Positions 55,169 to 64,000 of a stretch of 64,000 nucleotides of DNA are shown piece by piece. The stretch spans positions 144,233 through 208,232 of the forward strand of contig JAJFGJ010000003.1 in the NCBI GenBank assembly GCA_021776175.1, given 5' to 3'. The translations under genes and the position numbers were made by a program. The stretch comes from Kiloniellaceae bacterium (GTDB taxonomy: Bacteria > Pseudomonadota > Alphaproteobacteria > Kiloniellales > J153). The notes below the pieces were generated by a model. That model was given only the letters and a program-made list of their open reading frames with translations. It was not told the origin of the DNA and made no database searches. Position 1 is the stretch's first letter. Every line of letters starts with the position of its first letter.

Positions 55169-56053
55169 TCAGTCGCCGGCGAGGCGTTGCTCGATCGCCG
55201 CGTTCCGGATTGCTTTTTGAAGTTTTTCGAAGGCGCGCACTTCTATCTGGCGAACCCGCTCGCGGCTGATGCCGTATTCCTGGGAAAGTTCCTCAAGGGT
55301 GGTCGGGTTTTCGCTCAGACGGCGCATCTCGAGTATGTGCCGCTCGCGCTTATTGAGGGATGTCATCGCCGATTGCAGCAGGGCCCGGCGTTGCGTCATC
55401 TCTTCCGACTCGGCCAGCAGTGTTTCCTGGTCCTCCCCCTCGTCGACCAGCCAGTCTTGCCACTCGCCTTCGCCGTCTATGCGCAAGGGCGCGTTGAGCG
55501 AGTGATCCGGCGCCGACAGGCGGCGGTTCATGCTGACCACGTCGGCTTCGGGCACGTTCAGGGCATCGGCGATCTTGGTGACGTGTTCGGGGTGCAGGTC
55601 GCCTTCCTCGATCGCCTTGATCTGCCCCTTCAATTTACGCAGATTGAAGAACAGTTTTTTCTGGGCCGCCGTCGTGCCCATCTTCACCAAGGACCACGAA
55701 TGCAGGATGTATTCCTGTATCGCGGCACGAATCCACCACATGGCATAGGTCGCGAGGCGGAAGCCGCGCTCGGGATCGAAGCGCTTGACCGCCTGCATCA
55801 TGCCGACGTTGCCCTCGGAGATCAGCTCCGCCACCGGCAGGCCATAGCCGCGGTAGCCCATGGCAATCTTGGCGACCAGGCGCAGATGCGAAGTGACAAG
55901 CTTGTGCGCCGAATCCAGGTCCTCATGCTCGCGCCAGGACTTGGCCAGCATGTATTCCTGATCGTACTCAAGCATGGGAAATTTGCGGATATCCTGCAGA
56001 TAGCTGCTCAGGTTCCCCTCGGGAACCATTACCGGCAATTTCCGTGCTGCCAT
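55169..56053 (-). CDS. rpoH: RNA polymerase sigma-32 (heat-shock sigma factor)
   Basis: SYLQDIRKFPMLEYDQEYMLA, and the RpoB-box-like QKKLFFNLRKLK, which is diagnostic of RpoH. The region 4 HTH is TLEELSQEYGISRERVRQIE. The start at 56053 follows a gggagag SD. Confidence 0.93.
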   Translation of the reverse strand: MAARKLPVMVPEGNLSSYLQDIRKFPMLEYDQEYMLAKSWREHEDLDSAHKLVTSHLRLVAKIAMGYRGYGLPVAELISEGNVGMMQAVKRFDPERGFRLATYAMWWIRAAIQEYILHSWSLVKMGTTAAQKKLFFNLRKLKGQIKAIEEGDLHPEHVTKIADALNVPEADVVSMNRRLSAPDHSLNAPLRIDGEGEWQDWLVDEGEDQETLLAESEEMTQRRALLQSAMTSLNKRERHILEMRRLSENPTTLEELSQEYGISRERVRQIEVRAFEKLQKAIRNAAIEQRLAGD

Positions 56054-56177
56054 ACCTAGCTCTCCCTTAAGTCCAGGCGGTTCCACCGCCAGGCTGTAAT
56101 TAAGTGAACGCTGATATACCTATATCAGACCCGTACCCCGTCAACAAGGAAACCCGACTTATTTGGTCATGTTTCCT

Positions 56178-57158
56178 CTATAGGGTTTCTAATATGGTTA
56201 TCAAATCCTTCATGTCACCGGGTAATACGCTATCAAATCTAGCAACATCCCCATTGACGGGGTGTCGAAACCCCAGGGTCTTGGCGTGAAGCGCCTGACG
56301 GCCCAGGGCCTTTATCGCGGCTTGCGCGGCCTGTGGTAGGGCGCGCGTGCGTGAATCGCCGCCTCGGCCATAGAGGGGGTCGCCGAGCAAGGGGTGCCCC
56401 AAAGAGGCCATATGGACGCGGATTTGGTGGGTCCGGCCCGACAGCAAGCGGCATTCGACGAGGCTCGCGCGGCCACCGGCCAGCTCGTGCAGGACCCGGT
56501 AGCGCGTGACCGCCGGCTTGCCGCCATGGCGCAGGACCGCCATTTTCTTGCGATTGCGCGGACTGCGGCCGATGTTGCCGGAAATCTCGCCGCCTTTGGG
56601 CTGTGGTACGCCCCAAGCGATCGCCCAGTAGGCGCGCTCGACCTCGCGGGCCGCGAATTGGGGGGCCAGGCCCGCGTAGGCTTCGGCGGTCTTGGCCACG
56701 ACCATGAGGCCGCTGGTGCCCTTATCCAGGCGGTGCACGATGCCCGGGCGGCGCACGCCGCCGATGCCGGTGAAATCAGGGCCGCAGTGGGCGATCAGGG
56801 CATTGACCAAAGTCCGGTCCGGGTTGCCCGGCGCCGGATGGACGACCAGGCCGGCGGGCTTGTCGAGCACGATCAAATGGGAATCCTCGGTGACGATATC
56901 GAGCGCCATGGCCTGCGCTTGGGGAATGGCGGGTGTAGGGTCGGGCACGATGATGGCGAAATTTTGACCGGGTTTGACCCGGTATGCAGGCTCGACTATC
57001 GTCGCGCCGGCCGACGACAGACACCCTTGTTCGATCAAGGCTTTCAGGCGGCTGCGTGACAGTTTCGGCAGGTGGGCGGCCAGAACTTGATCGACCCGGC
57101 GGCCGGTATCGGCGGGGTCCGTTTTGATTATTTCGCTGGGTCCAATAGGCTTACTCAT
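56178..57158 (-). CDS. rluD: 23S rRNA pseudouridine synthase, RluD family
   Basis: S4 domain (RVDQVLAAHLPKLSRSRLKALIEQG), and the catalytic HRLDKGTSGLMVVAK and SGRTHQIRVH motifs. Confidence 0.9.
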   Translation of the reverse strand: MSKPIGPSEIIKTDPADTGRRVDQVLAAHLPKLSRSRLKALIEQGCLSSAGATIVEPAYRVKPGQNFAIIVPDPTPAIPQAQAMALDIVTEDSHLIVLDKPAGLVVHPAPGNPDRTLVNALIAHCGPDFTGIGGVRRPGIVHRLDKGTSGLMVVAKTAEAYAGLAPQFAAREVERAYWAIAWGVPQPKGGEISGNIGRSPRNRKKMAVLRHGGKPAVTRYRVLHELAGGRASLVECRLLSGRTHQIRVHMASLGHPLLGDPLYGRGGDSRTRALPQAAQAAIKALGRQALHAKTLGFRHPVNGDVARFDSVLPGDMKDLITILETL

Positions 57159-57223
57159 GGCCGGACGATGGCACAGAAGACCGGCGCGGTGAAGGTCGGT
57201 GTGGCAAGGGGAGATTGTAGAAC

Positions 57224-57505
57224 ATGCAGGCACTCAAGATCCTCGTGATCGGGATGGGAGTTCTCATTGCGCTCGGCCTGGCGCTGGTTGTCTACGGCTT
57301 TGCCAGAGGTAAATCCGAGGACGTGAAGGGGATCGGCGACGTCGAGCTGAACCTTCCGCCCGGATGCGTTATCGCCGCCGCCGAAGGCCTCGACGGCCGC
57401 CTGATCGTGCGCACGGAGGGACCCATGGAGCGCGGGTGCCAGCAAGTGATTTTGATCGACATGGCGACCGGCGGGATACTAGGGCGGGTTCTTGGTTCCA
57501 ACTAA
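57224..57505 (+). CDS. Small N-terminally anchored protein, unknown function
   Basis: 93 aa. TM segment MQALKILVIGMGVLIALGLALVVYGF followed by a short soluble domain. Divergent from rluD. Confidence 0.5.
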   Translation: MQALKILVIGMGVLIALGLALVVYGFARGKSEDVKGIGDVELNLPPGCVIAAAEGLDGRLIVRTEGPMERGCQQVILIDMATGGILGRVLGSN

Positions 57506-57519
57506 TTCGAGGCTGGGCG

Positions 57520-58542
57520 ATGGTTAATTTTTGTTCCGATAACGCCACCGGCGCGGCCCCGGAAATTCTGCGCGCGCTTGAGATGGCCAATGCCGGAAAC
57601 GCCATGCCTTACGGCAATGACGATCTGACCCGCGATCTGCAGGCGAAGTTCAGCGAGCTCTTCGAGACCGAGGTCGCGGTGTTTCCAGTCATGACCGGCA
57701 CGGCGGCCAATGTTCTGGCGCTTTCGGTCATGGCGCCACCTTACGGCGTGATCTATTGCCACGAGAACGCCCACATCAATGTCGATGAGTGCGGCGGCGC
57801 TGAGTTCTATACCGGCGGCGCCAAGCTTCACGCCTTGCCCGGCCCGCACGGCAAGTTTTCTCCCGCCATCCTCAAGGATGCCATTACCGGCTTTGGCGTG
57901 CCGCACCACGCGCAGCCGGCGGCGGTCAGCCTGACCCAAACCAGCGAATCCGGGACGGTTTATTGCCTGGACGAGATCGCCGCGGTCGCCGAAGCCGCGC
58001 GCGGCCACGGCCTGAACCTACACATGGATGGGGCGCGCTTCGCCAACGCCGTGGTTTCGCTGGACTGCAGCCCGGCCGAGGCGACCTGGAAGGCGGGTGT
58101 CGATGCCCTGTCCTTCGGGGCGACCAAGAACGGCGCCCTGGGGGCGGAGGCGGTAGTCTTTTTCAAGCGCGACTTGGCCGAGAATTTCAAGTACCGGCGT
58201 ATGCGCGGCGGGCATCTGGTTTCCAAGATGCGCTTTCTCTCGGCCCAGCTTCACGCCTATCTCGAAGACGGCCTGTGGCTGCGCCACGCGCGCCACGCGA
58301 ACGCCATGGCTGCGCGCCTGGCCGATGGACTGGCGGCGCTAGACGGCGTTTCGATCCTGCACCCGGTTCAGGCGAACGAGATCTTCGCCCGCTTGCCTCG
58401 GGCCATGATCCAAAGGTTCCTCGACCGGGATTTCCAGTTTTATCGCTGGGGGGATGAGGCCGGGGGCGAGATACGCCTGGTGACCGCCTTCAATACCCCG
58501 CCGGGCGACGTCGATACCCTTCTGGACGCCGCGCGGGCCTAG
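57520..58542 (+). CDS. ltaE: Low-specificity L-threonine aldolase
   Basis: MVNFCSDNATGAAPEIL, TGTAANVLAL, and FGATKNGA (the PLP Lys) are typical beta-eliminating lyase/threonine aldolase motifs. Confidence 0.88.
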   Translation: MVNFCSDNATGAAPEILRALEMANAGNAMPYGNDDLTRDLQAKFSELFETEVAVFPVMTGTAANVLALSVMAPPYGVIYCHENAHINVDECGGAEFYTGGAKLHALPGPHGKFSPAILKDAITGFGVPHHAQPAAVSLTQTSESGTVYCLDEIAAVAEAARGHGLNLHMDGARFANAVVSLDCSPAEATWKAGVDALSFGATKNGALGAEAVVFFKRDLAENFKYRRMRGGHLVSKMRFLSAQLHAYLEDGLWLRHARHANAMAARLADGLAALDGVSILHPVQANEIFARLPRAMIQRFLDRDFQFYRWGDEAGGEIRLVTAFNTPPGDVDTLLDAARA

Positions 58543-58627
58543 GCTGGATCGGCGGGTAATAACTCAAGCAACCCTTGTCAGACGATCCGCCATTCGCTAT
58601 GTGAATGGCGCTCTGGCTATCTAGCTT

Positions 58628-58703
58628 GTCCCCTTCGTCTAGTGGCCTAGGACGCTGGCCTCTCACGCCGGAAACAGGGGTTCGACTCCCCTAGGGGACG
58701 CCA
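58628..58703 (+). tRNA. tRNA-Glu (anticodon CUC), CCA encoded
   Basis: Hand-folded cloverleaf. Acceptor GTCCCCT/AGGGGAC; anticodon stem CTGGC/GCCGG with loop CT-CTC-AC; T arm GGGG-TTCGACT-CCCC; 76 nt. Confidence 0.93.
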
Positions 58704-58723
58704 AATTTGCCGCGTCGCGCCGC

Positions 58724-59533
58724 TTATCCCGCTTGGCGGCGCCGCAACAAGTTATCGAGCCCGCCGCCAAGCAGGGCGTCGAGCAGGCGCAGGGAATCCA
58801 GGGCGCCGTGGGCGTCGCCTTTTTCAAAATCCACTTCCGTGACCGCCATGGTGTTGGTCACATGGGCAAAGCACAGAACCGGCAGCGCTTTCGCCGCCGC
58901 GAAGGCGTAGAGGGCGGCGGACTCCATTTCAATCGCGGCCAGGCCCAGGGCGCGGCCTTCGTCCAATACGGCCTGGGTTTCGCGGTAAGGGGCGTCGGTG
59001 GTCCAGGTGCGGCCCTTATGGACGCTTAGACCGCTTGCCGCCAAGGCGGCCCAGGCGGCGTCGATCAATTGTGGATCGGCGGCGGCGAAATCTGCGGGCG
59101 GCAGGTAGTGATAGCTGGTCCCCTCGTCGCGCAAGGCCTGTTCGGCCAGCACGTAGTAGGGCGTCTCGCCCAGGGGCTTGAGCTGCCCCGAGGAGGTGAT
59201 GCTGATCAACAAGCGGCACCCGCTGGCGAACATCTGCTCGGCCAGAAGCACGGCATAGGGCGCGCCGACCGCGTTGCCGACAATTCCGACCCGCTGTCCC
59301 ATGCGCTCGAATTCGAACATCTCGGAGTGGTAACAGGCCCAGGCCGCCACGGGTTTCGCCTGGCCGGAGTCACGCAGGTAGCGGAGGATATCGCCGTCGG
59401 GGTCGAGCAGATTGATCTCCGGCACCTCGGCGGTGGCGAGGCCCTTCTGGCGCCGTGCCTCGCGCAACAGGTTCTCGGCTTGAAATACCGAGGGCGCGCC
59501 GTGATGCTTGGTGCGCAGTATGGGCGGCGGCAT
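58724..59533 (-). CDS. Nucleoside phosphorylase-family (PNP/UDP type 1) protein
   Basis: The C-terminal 269 aa of the 539-aa track ORF: GIVGNAVGAPYAVLLAEQM...LISITSSG...AIEMESAALYAFA. The upstream part of that ORF is antisense to the response regulator gene. Confidence 0.8.
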   Translation of the reverse strand: MPPPILRTKHHGAPSVFQAENLLREARRQKGLATAEVPEINLLDPDGDILRYLRDSGQAKPVAAWACYHSEMFEFERMGQRVGIVGNAVGAPYAVLLAEQMFASGCRLLISITSSGQLKPLGETPYYVLAEQALRDEGTSYHYLPPADFAAADPQLIDAAWAALAASGLSVHKGRTWTTDAPYRETQAVLDEGRALGLAAIEMESAALYAFAAAKALPVLCFAHVTNTMAVTEVDFEKGDAHGALDSLRLLDALLGGGLDNLLRRRQAG

Positions 59534-59567
59534 AGTTGGTTCCCCCGAGGCTATCGGCCCCTGACGT

Positions 59568-59589
59568 GTGATGGTTTCGTGATAGTCTG
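59568..59589 (+). promoter_or_regulatory. Tandem 11-bp direct repeat upstream of the response regulator gene (candidate OmpR-type box)
   Basis: gtgatggtttc followed by gtgatagtctg (8/11 identical, one helical turn apart), about 45 nt upstream of the ATG at 59633. Confidence 0.3.
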
Positions 59590-59632
59590 CGGCTATATCA
59601 TGCACGGGCCGGGGATTGGAGTCGTGAAGGGC

Positions 59633-60340
59633 ATGAGACACAAGATCCTGGTGATTGAGGACAGCGTGGATATCGCCGATCTGGTGGCCTTGCACCTGGG
59701 CGATATGGGGTGCGAGGTCAAGACGGCGGGCGATGGTTCCACCGGCCTGCAACTGGCGCGCGCCGGGGGCTACGATCTCATCGTCCTGGATCTCATGTTG
59801 CCCGGCCTCGATGGCTTGGAGGTGTGCCGGCGCCTGCGCGGGCAAGCCGATACCACGCCGATTCTGATGCTGACCGCCAAGTCCTCCGAGCTCGACCGGG
59901 TCCACGGTCTGGAGATCGGGGCCGACGACTATCTCACCAAGCCGTTCAGCATCCGCGAATTGGTCGCGCGAGTGAAAGCGATGCTGCGCCGCACCGAGAT
60001 GCTGGCAAGGGATCCGCCCAAGGAAGACCCGCGGATCGCCGTGGGTGACTTGGAAATCGATGTCGCGCGCCACGATGTGAGCGTGGCCGGCCGTCCGGTC
60101 GAACTCACGGCCAAGGAGTTCGATCTTCTGGTGCGGTTCGCGCGCAACCCCGGCCGGGTCTATTCGCGCCAGCACCTGCTCGATTTGGTTTGGGGGAGCG
60201 GGCATCTCGGTTACGAGCATACGGTCAATTCGCATATCAACCGGCTGCGCGGCAAGATCGAGGCGGACCCCGCCAATCCGCGCTTTGTCCTGACCGTCTG
60301 GGGCGTGGGCTACAAGTTCAACGACAGGCTCGCGCCATGA
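59633..60340 (+). CDS. OmpR/PhoB-family response regulator
   Basis: KILVIEDSVDIADLV...YDLIVLDLMLPGLDG...LTAKS (receiver domain), then the winged helix LTAKEFDLLVRFARNPGRVYSRQHLLD...VWGVGYKF. Confidence 0.92.
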   Translation: MRHKILVIEDSVDIADLVALHLGDMGCEVKTAGDGSTGLQLARAGGYDLIVLDLMLPGLDGLEVCRRLRGQADTTPILMLTAKSSELDRVHGLEIGADDYLTKPFSIRELVARVKAMLRRTEMLARDPPKEDPRIAVGDLEIDVARHDVSVAGRPVELTAKEFDLLVRFARNPGRVYSRQHLLDLVWGSGHLGYEHTVNSHINRLRGKIEADPANPRFVLTVWGVGYKFNDRLAP

Positions 60341-61821
60341 CACTCGTGCCGCGCAGCCTGCACGGTAAGCTGGTCGCCGCCCTGGTCGTGCTCATCGGCG
60401 CGATCGGGTTGTCGTATGTGGTCTTGGCCCTGGGCACGACCCGGCTTTACCTGGAAGAGGTAAATCAAAAACTCCACCGCTCCCTGGCCGCGAATCTGGT
60501 GGCCGAGAACAAACTGGTGAGCGGCGAGACCATAAACCATGCGGCCTTGAAGCAGGCGTTTCACAATCTGATGATCGTCAATCCGGCGATCGAGGTGTAC
60601 CTGCTGGACGCCGAGGGCCGGATCCTGACGTTTTCGGCGCCGCCGGGAAAAGTCCTGCGGAAGCGCATCGATCTTGACCCGGTCGCCGCGTTTCTGGCCG
60701 GTGGCGAGGCCTTTCCCATTCGCGGCGAAGATCCGCGCGATAGCGAGGGATACAAGGTATTTTCGGCCGCCCCGGTCATGGATGGCGGCCGCTTGGCCGG
60801 TTATCTCTATGTGGTCCTGGGGGGCGAAGCCTACGATTCGGTGGTCCGTGTTTTTCAGAGCAGCTATATCCTGCGTCTCGCCGCCGGTGTGGCGGCGGCG
60901 GGCTTGATCCTGGCTCTGGTTGCCGGGGCTTTGTCCTTTATCTGGCTGACCCGGCGTCCCCGGCGTTTGTCGGCCGCGGTCGAGGCCTTCAAGCGGAGCG
61001 ATTTCCAGGAGCCCCTCAGGCTGAAGGGCTGGCGCCCAAACCCGCGCGGCGACGAGATCGATCATCTGGGCCTGACCGTCGAGAGCATGTCGCGGCGCAT
61101 GGTGCGGCAGATCGGGCTGCTGCGCCGGGCGGATACCGCGCGGCGCGACATGGTCGCCAACATATCTCACGATCTGCGCACGCCCTTGACCTCGCTCCAA
61201 GGCTACTTGGATACCGTTTTAATGAAGGGCGGGGACCTCACGCGGGAGGATCAGAGGCGATATGTCGAGCTGGCCTTGAAGCACTGCCATCGCCTCGGCC
61301 AGCTAACCGATGAATTGTTCGAACTGGCCAAGCTGGAGAGCGACAAGCCTCCAATTCAGATCGAATCCTTTTCCCTGGCGGAGCTGGCGCAGGATGTGGC
61401 GCAGAAGTTCCGCCTGGAGGCTGAAAAGCGCCGCATATCGCTGGATACCGAAATTCCGCGCGATGTCTTGGCGGTGACCGGGGATATCGCGCTCATCGAA
61501 AGGGTGCTGGAAAATCTGATCGAGAATGCCCTGCGCTACACACCCATCGGGGGCCGCGTGTGCCTGTCGTTGGTGCACGATGCCGGGCGCATCGTGGCGC
61601 GAATCAGCGATACCGGACGCGGTATTTCGCGCGAGGAGCTGCCACATATTTTCGAGCGCTTCTACAGGGTGGAGAAGGCGCGCGGCGACGCGTCCGCTGG
61701 CGCCGGGCTGGGCCTGGCCATCGTGAAACGCATCCTACAGCTTCACGACAGCGCCATAGAAGTCGAGAGCGAACCGGGAGTGGGGACAAGTTTCCGCTTC
61801 GCCCTTCCAGTCACCGGCTGA
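60337..61821 (+). CDS. Sensor histidine kinase partner of the OmpR-family regulator
   Basis: The ATG overlaps the regulator stop (ATGA). Two TM segments flank a periplasmic domain. H-box ANISHDLRTPLTSLQGY, N-box ENLIENALRYT, and DTGRGI/GLGLAI. Confidence 0.9.
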   Translation: MTLVPRSLHGKLVAALVVLIGAIGLSYVVLALGTTRLYLEEVNQKLHRSLAANLVAENKLVSGETINHAALKQAFHNLMIVNPAIEVYLLDAEGRILTFSAPPGKVLRKRIDLDPVAAFLAGGEAFPIRGEDPRDSEGYKVFSAAPVMDGGRLAGYLYVVLGGEAYDSVVRVFQSSYILRLAAGVAAAGLILALVAGALSFIWLTRRPRRLSAAVEAFKRSDFQEPLRLKGWRPNPRGDEIDHLGLTVESMSRRMVRQIGLLRRADTARRDMVANISHDLRTPLTSLQGYLDTVLMKGGDLTREDQRRYVELALKHCHRLGQLTDELFELAKLESDKPPIQIESFSLAELAQDVAQKFRLEAEKRRISLDTEIPRDVLAVTGDIALIERVLENLIENALRYTPIGGRVCLSLVHDAGRIVARISDTGRGISREELPHIFERFYRVEKARGDASAGAGLGLAIVKRILQLHDSAIEVESEPGVGTSFRFALPVTG

Positions 61822-61970
61822 GCCAAGACTCACGGTAACGTGTTCCAAAAAAACCCGGCGCGATCCTTTCGTGAGAAACGCGGGAGGAAAGCGTGAGCTT
61901 TCCCGGTCACCTTCTCCCCCGGTGTCGCGGGCTAATCCCGCGCCAATCGGCAATCGGGAGGAATATTCAT

Positions 61971-62327
61971 ATGATCGAGAAATCAGTGCTCGGCGCCATG
62001 CTCGGCGCTTTTGCCTTGGCCGCCGCTTCGGCAGGCTTGCCGTCCGCCGCTCAGGCTCGGGGCGGTGTGGAAGGTCCCGTCGTTTACGTGACCAGCCAGG
62101 GGCTATTCTTCGATTCCATCGTCACCACGATGCTGCCTCAGAAGGGCCCCTTCCAGAAGCTCGAGATGACCGGTCCCTCGGGCCTGCAGACCGAATTCGG
62201 CCCCGGCGATCAGGCTTACGTTGGCGGCCGTTGGTGGGTCGACGTGAATGGCAACGAAAAGATGGATGGGGCCGATCTGTATTTCTCGTGCCCGTTGCTT
62301 GGTCCCGGCCGGTTTACCGTCGAGTAA
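61971..62327 (+). CDS. Small secreted protein, unknown function
   Basis: Signal peptide MIEKSVLGAMLGAFALAAASAGLPSAAQA. A gggagga SD precedes it. 118 aa. Confidence 0.6.
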   Translation: MIEKSVLGAMLGAFALAAASAGLPSAAQARGGVEGPVVYVTSQGLFFDSIVTTMLPQKGPFQKLEMTGPSGLQTEFGPGDQAYVGGRWWVDVNGNEKMDGADLYFSCPLLGPGRFTVE

Positions 62328-62391
62328 TTCGGCCCGGCGCCGGGCAAGCGTTTTACCGCTTGGAAGAACACCGCTAGGGAGAGCGGAGGCG

Positions 62392-62438
62392 GGAACGCGG
62401 GGGCGGCGGACAAGCCGTCGTCTCCGCGTTCCTTTATT
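62392..62438 (+). terminator. Intrinsic terminator after the small secreted protein gene
   Basis: ggaacgcgg (62392-62400) pairs perfectly with ccgcgttcc (62424-62432) and is followed by tttatt. Confidence 0.55.
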
Positions 62439-62519
62439 CGATCCGGCGGCGGAGATCGGCCCTGTCTTGGGTGGCGCGATCCCATGGCGCCGCGGCGGCG
62501 GCCGTGGTCATGTGCCTGC

Positions 62520-62744
62520 TCACCCCGTCATTTTCATGGTTTCAAGCACCTGATCCCGATATTCCGGGTCCCAGACGACCCTTTCCAGGTCGATCCGCGG
62601 CTCCGCGCCGGCGGTCATGGGCGCGTCTTGCCGCCGGGCGCTCGAATCCTCGCCAGCCGTATCGATTTCCCGCCGCGCGCTCATCGTCTTCCTTGGCTCC
62701 AACACATCGGTTCCTTTTTCGGTCCCTGGCAGATTGAGAGCCAA
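62520..62744 (-). CDS. Possible small hypothetical protein (weak call)
   Basis: Open frame with plausible GC3 bias. The internal Met (MSARREID...) may be the true start. No recognisable family. Confidence 0.3.
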   Translation of the reverse strand: MALNLPGTEKGTDVLEPRKTMSARREIDTAGEDSSARRQDAPMTAGAEPRIDLERVVWDPEYRDQVLETMKMTG

Positions 62745-62918
62745 ACCCGGCGGAAAAAGGGCGGATGAAGATTATACTTTGGGCAATTCCGAGGCGTTTT
62801 TAAGGCACATGCGCGCCTGAGCGGCGGCCCAGCGGCCATCGCGGGGGTGGTATGCGCGGGCTCGTCTTGCCGGGCCCCGGTGCGGCGTGTACACCGATAA
62901 GCTAGGAGATAGCTTGTC

Positions 62919-64000
62919 ATGCAGCAAAATTCGGCGCGCTTGCCGCTCGCGTTTTCGTGCCTCGGGCACGCCTACATGCATATGTTCACGGCATTCTATT
63001 TCGTGATAGTCCTATCCCTTGAAGACGTATGGCAGCGGCCGTATCACGAACTGATTGAGCTTTGGACGCTGGGCGCTCTCCTGGTCGGCCTGGCCGCGTT
63101 GCCCGCCGGCTGGCTGGGCGACCGCCTTGGTTCCGCCAACATGATGGTCGTGTTCTTTGTCGGACTGGGCCTCGCGGGGATCGCCTGCGGCTTGGTCGAC
63201 GGCCCCGGCGCGCTCTTCCTCGGCCTGACGGCGATCGGCGTGTTCAGCGCGATCTACCATCCGGTCGGAATCGCCTGGGTCGTGCGCAGCGCCAAGTCGC
63301 GCGGCAAGGCTCTGGGCGTCAACGGCGTATTCGGGAGCATCGGCATCGCCAGCGCGGGTATCGCCGCCGGCGGCTTGATCGACGCCTTCGGCTGGCGCGC
63401 GGCCTTTATCGTGCCGGGCGCGGTCTGCCTCCTCACCGGCGTGGCGCTATGGATTTGCGTGCGCCTGGGCCTTGCCAGCGACGGCGTGCGGGCCAAGCGC
63501 GACGCCAAGCCTGAAAGCCGGAGCGACATGCTGCGCGCGGTGGCGATCCTGCTCTTGACCATGGTGATCATGGGGGTCTTGTTCCAGGCGTCCCAGGCCG
63601 CGATTCCCAAGCTCTTCGATTTGCGCCTGCGCGATATCGCCGGGGAGGGCACCTTCGGCATAGGCCTGATCGTTGCCGGCGTCTATACGGTCGGCGGTAT
63701 CACACAACTTGCCGGCGGTTATTTGGCCGACAAGTTCCCCCTCAAGCCGGTCTATCTGCTGTCGTTCCTGTTACAGTCCCTGGCCATGGCCGCCGTTGCC
63801 TATCTCGCCAGCCTGCCCTTGATCGCCATGACCGCGGCCATCGTGCTGCTCAGCGTCGTGGCCCTGCCGGCGGAGAACATGATGTTGGCCCGCTATACAC
63901 CGGAGCGTCACCATAGTTTGGTCTATGGGGTGAAATTCGTCCTCGCCTTCGGTAGCGCGCCGCTCTCGATCATGCTGGTTTCTCACATTCAAGAACGAAC
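62919..64000 (+). CDS. MFS transporter (5' ~360 codons; runs off the right edge)
   Basis: Not in the track because there is no stop. My translation from the ATG at 62919 (aggaga SD) gives MQQNSARLPLAFSCLGHAYMHMFTAFYFVIVLSLE...WLGDRLG...GVFSAIYHPVG...GKALGVNGVFGSIG, with multiple TM segments. Confidence 0.85.
   Translation, partial: MQQNSARLPLAFSCLGHAYMHMFTAFYFVIVLSLEDVWQRPYHELIELWTLGALLVGLAALPAGWLGDRLGSANMMVVFFVGLGLAGIACGLVDGPGALFLGLTAIGVFSAIYHPVGIAWVVRSAKSRGKALGVNGVFGSIGIASAGIAAGGLIDAFGWRAAFIVPGAVCLLTGVALWICVRLGLASDGVRAKRDAKPESRSDMLRAVAILLLTMVIMGVLFQASQAAIPKLFDLRLRDIAGEGTFGIGLIVAGVYTVGGITQLAGGYLADKFPLKPVYLLSFLLQSLAMAAVAYLASLPLIAMTAAIVLLSVVALPAENMMLARYTPERHHSLVYGVKFVLAFGSAPLSIMLVSHIQER

Noticed and set aside
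59534-60343. N-terminal 270 aa of the 539-aa minus-strand ORF (58724-60343)
   Set aside because: This part is antisense to the OmpR-family regulator gene. Only the C-terminal 269 aa (58724-59533) look like a real nucleoside phosphorylase, starting at an internal Met.
1-64000. Search for CRISPR arrays, rRNA, transposases, integrases and prophage genes
   Set aside because: I saw no regularly spaced repeats, rRNA signatures or recombinase-like ORFs. The only tandem or direct repeats are those reported above.

Overview
High-GC chromosomal window, visibly above 60% GC (not computed). The gene order looks alphaproteobacterial and Rhodospirillales-like, which is an inference from synteny and protein motifs. 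Left end: dnaB-rplI-rpsR-rpsF (minus) faces fabD-fabG-acpP-fabF-mltG (plus). Next come an FprA-type ferredoxin-NADP reductase with korAB, a MarR regulator, hutH, a GlxA/AraC regulator and small redox genes. The middle is a methylated-amine catabolic region (a dimethylglycine-dehydrogenase-family gene and soxBDAG) mixed with hutU, hutG, sensor kinases and transporters. Right end: rpoH, rluD, ltaE, tRNA-Glu(CUC), an OmpR/HK pair and a truncated MFS gene. I found no rRNA, CRISPR array, transposase or integrase. Many long ORFs in the track are antisense or alternate-frame artefacts of the GC content. Six items deserve a second look: (1) a divergent TpsB-like outer-membrane barrel / secreted FecR-domain repeat protein / CHASE2 histidine kinase module with no TpsA cargo and no response regulator, wedged between the dimethylglycine and sarcosine genes; (2) a tail-anchored, catalytically degenerate Hanks-type kinase-like protein paired with a small polytopic membrane protein; (3) a roughly 345-nt GC-rich apparently non-coding unit with two CRP-type boxes, a -10 element at class II spacing and an intrinsic terminator; (4) a hicAB cassette bounded by 31-bp direct repeats that duplicate the 3' end of the neighbouring gene; (5) a roughly 1.2-kb low-GC islet carrying a single DUF3800-like gene; (6) near-identical 60-bp tandem repeats inside the FecR-domain gene.
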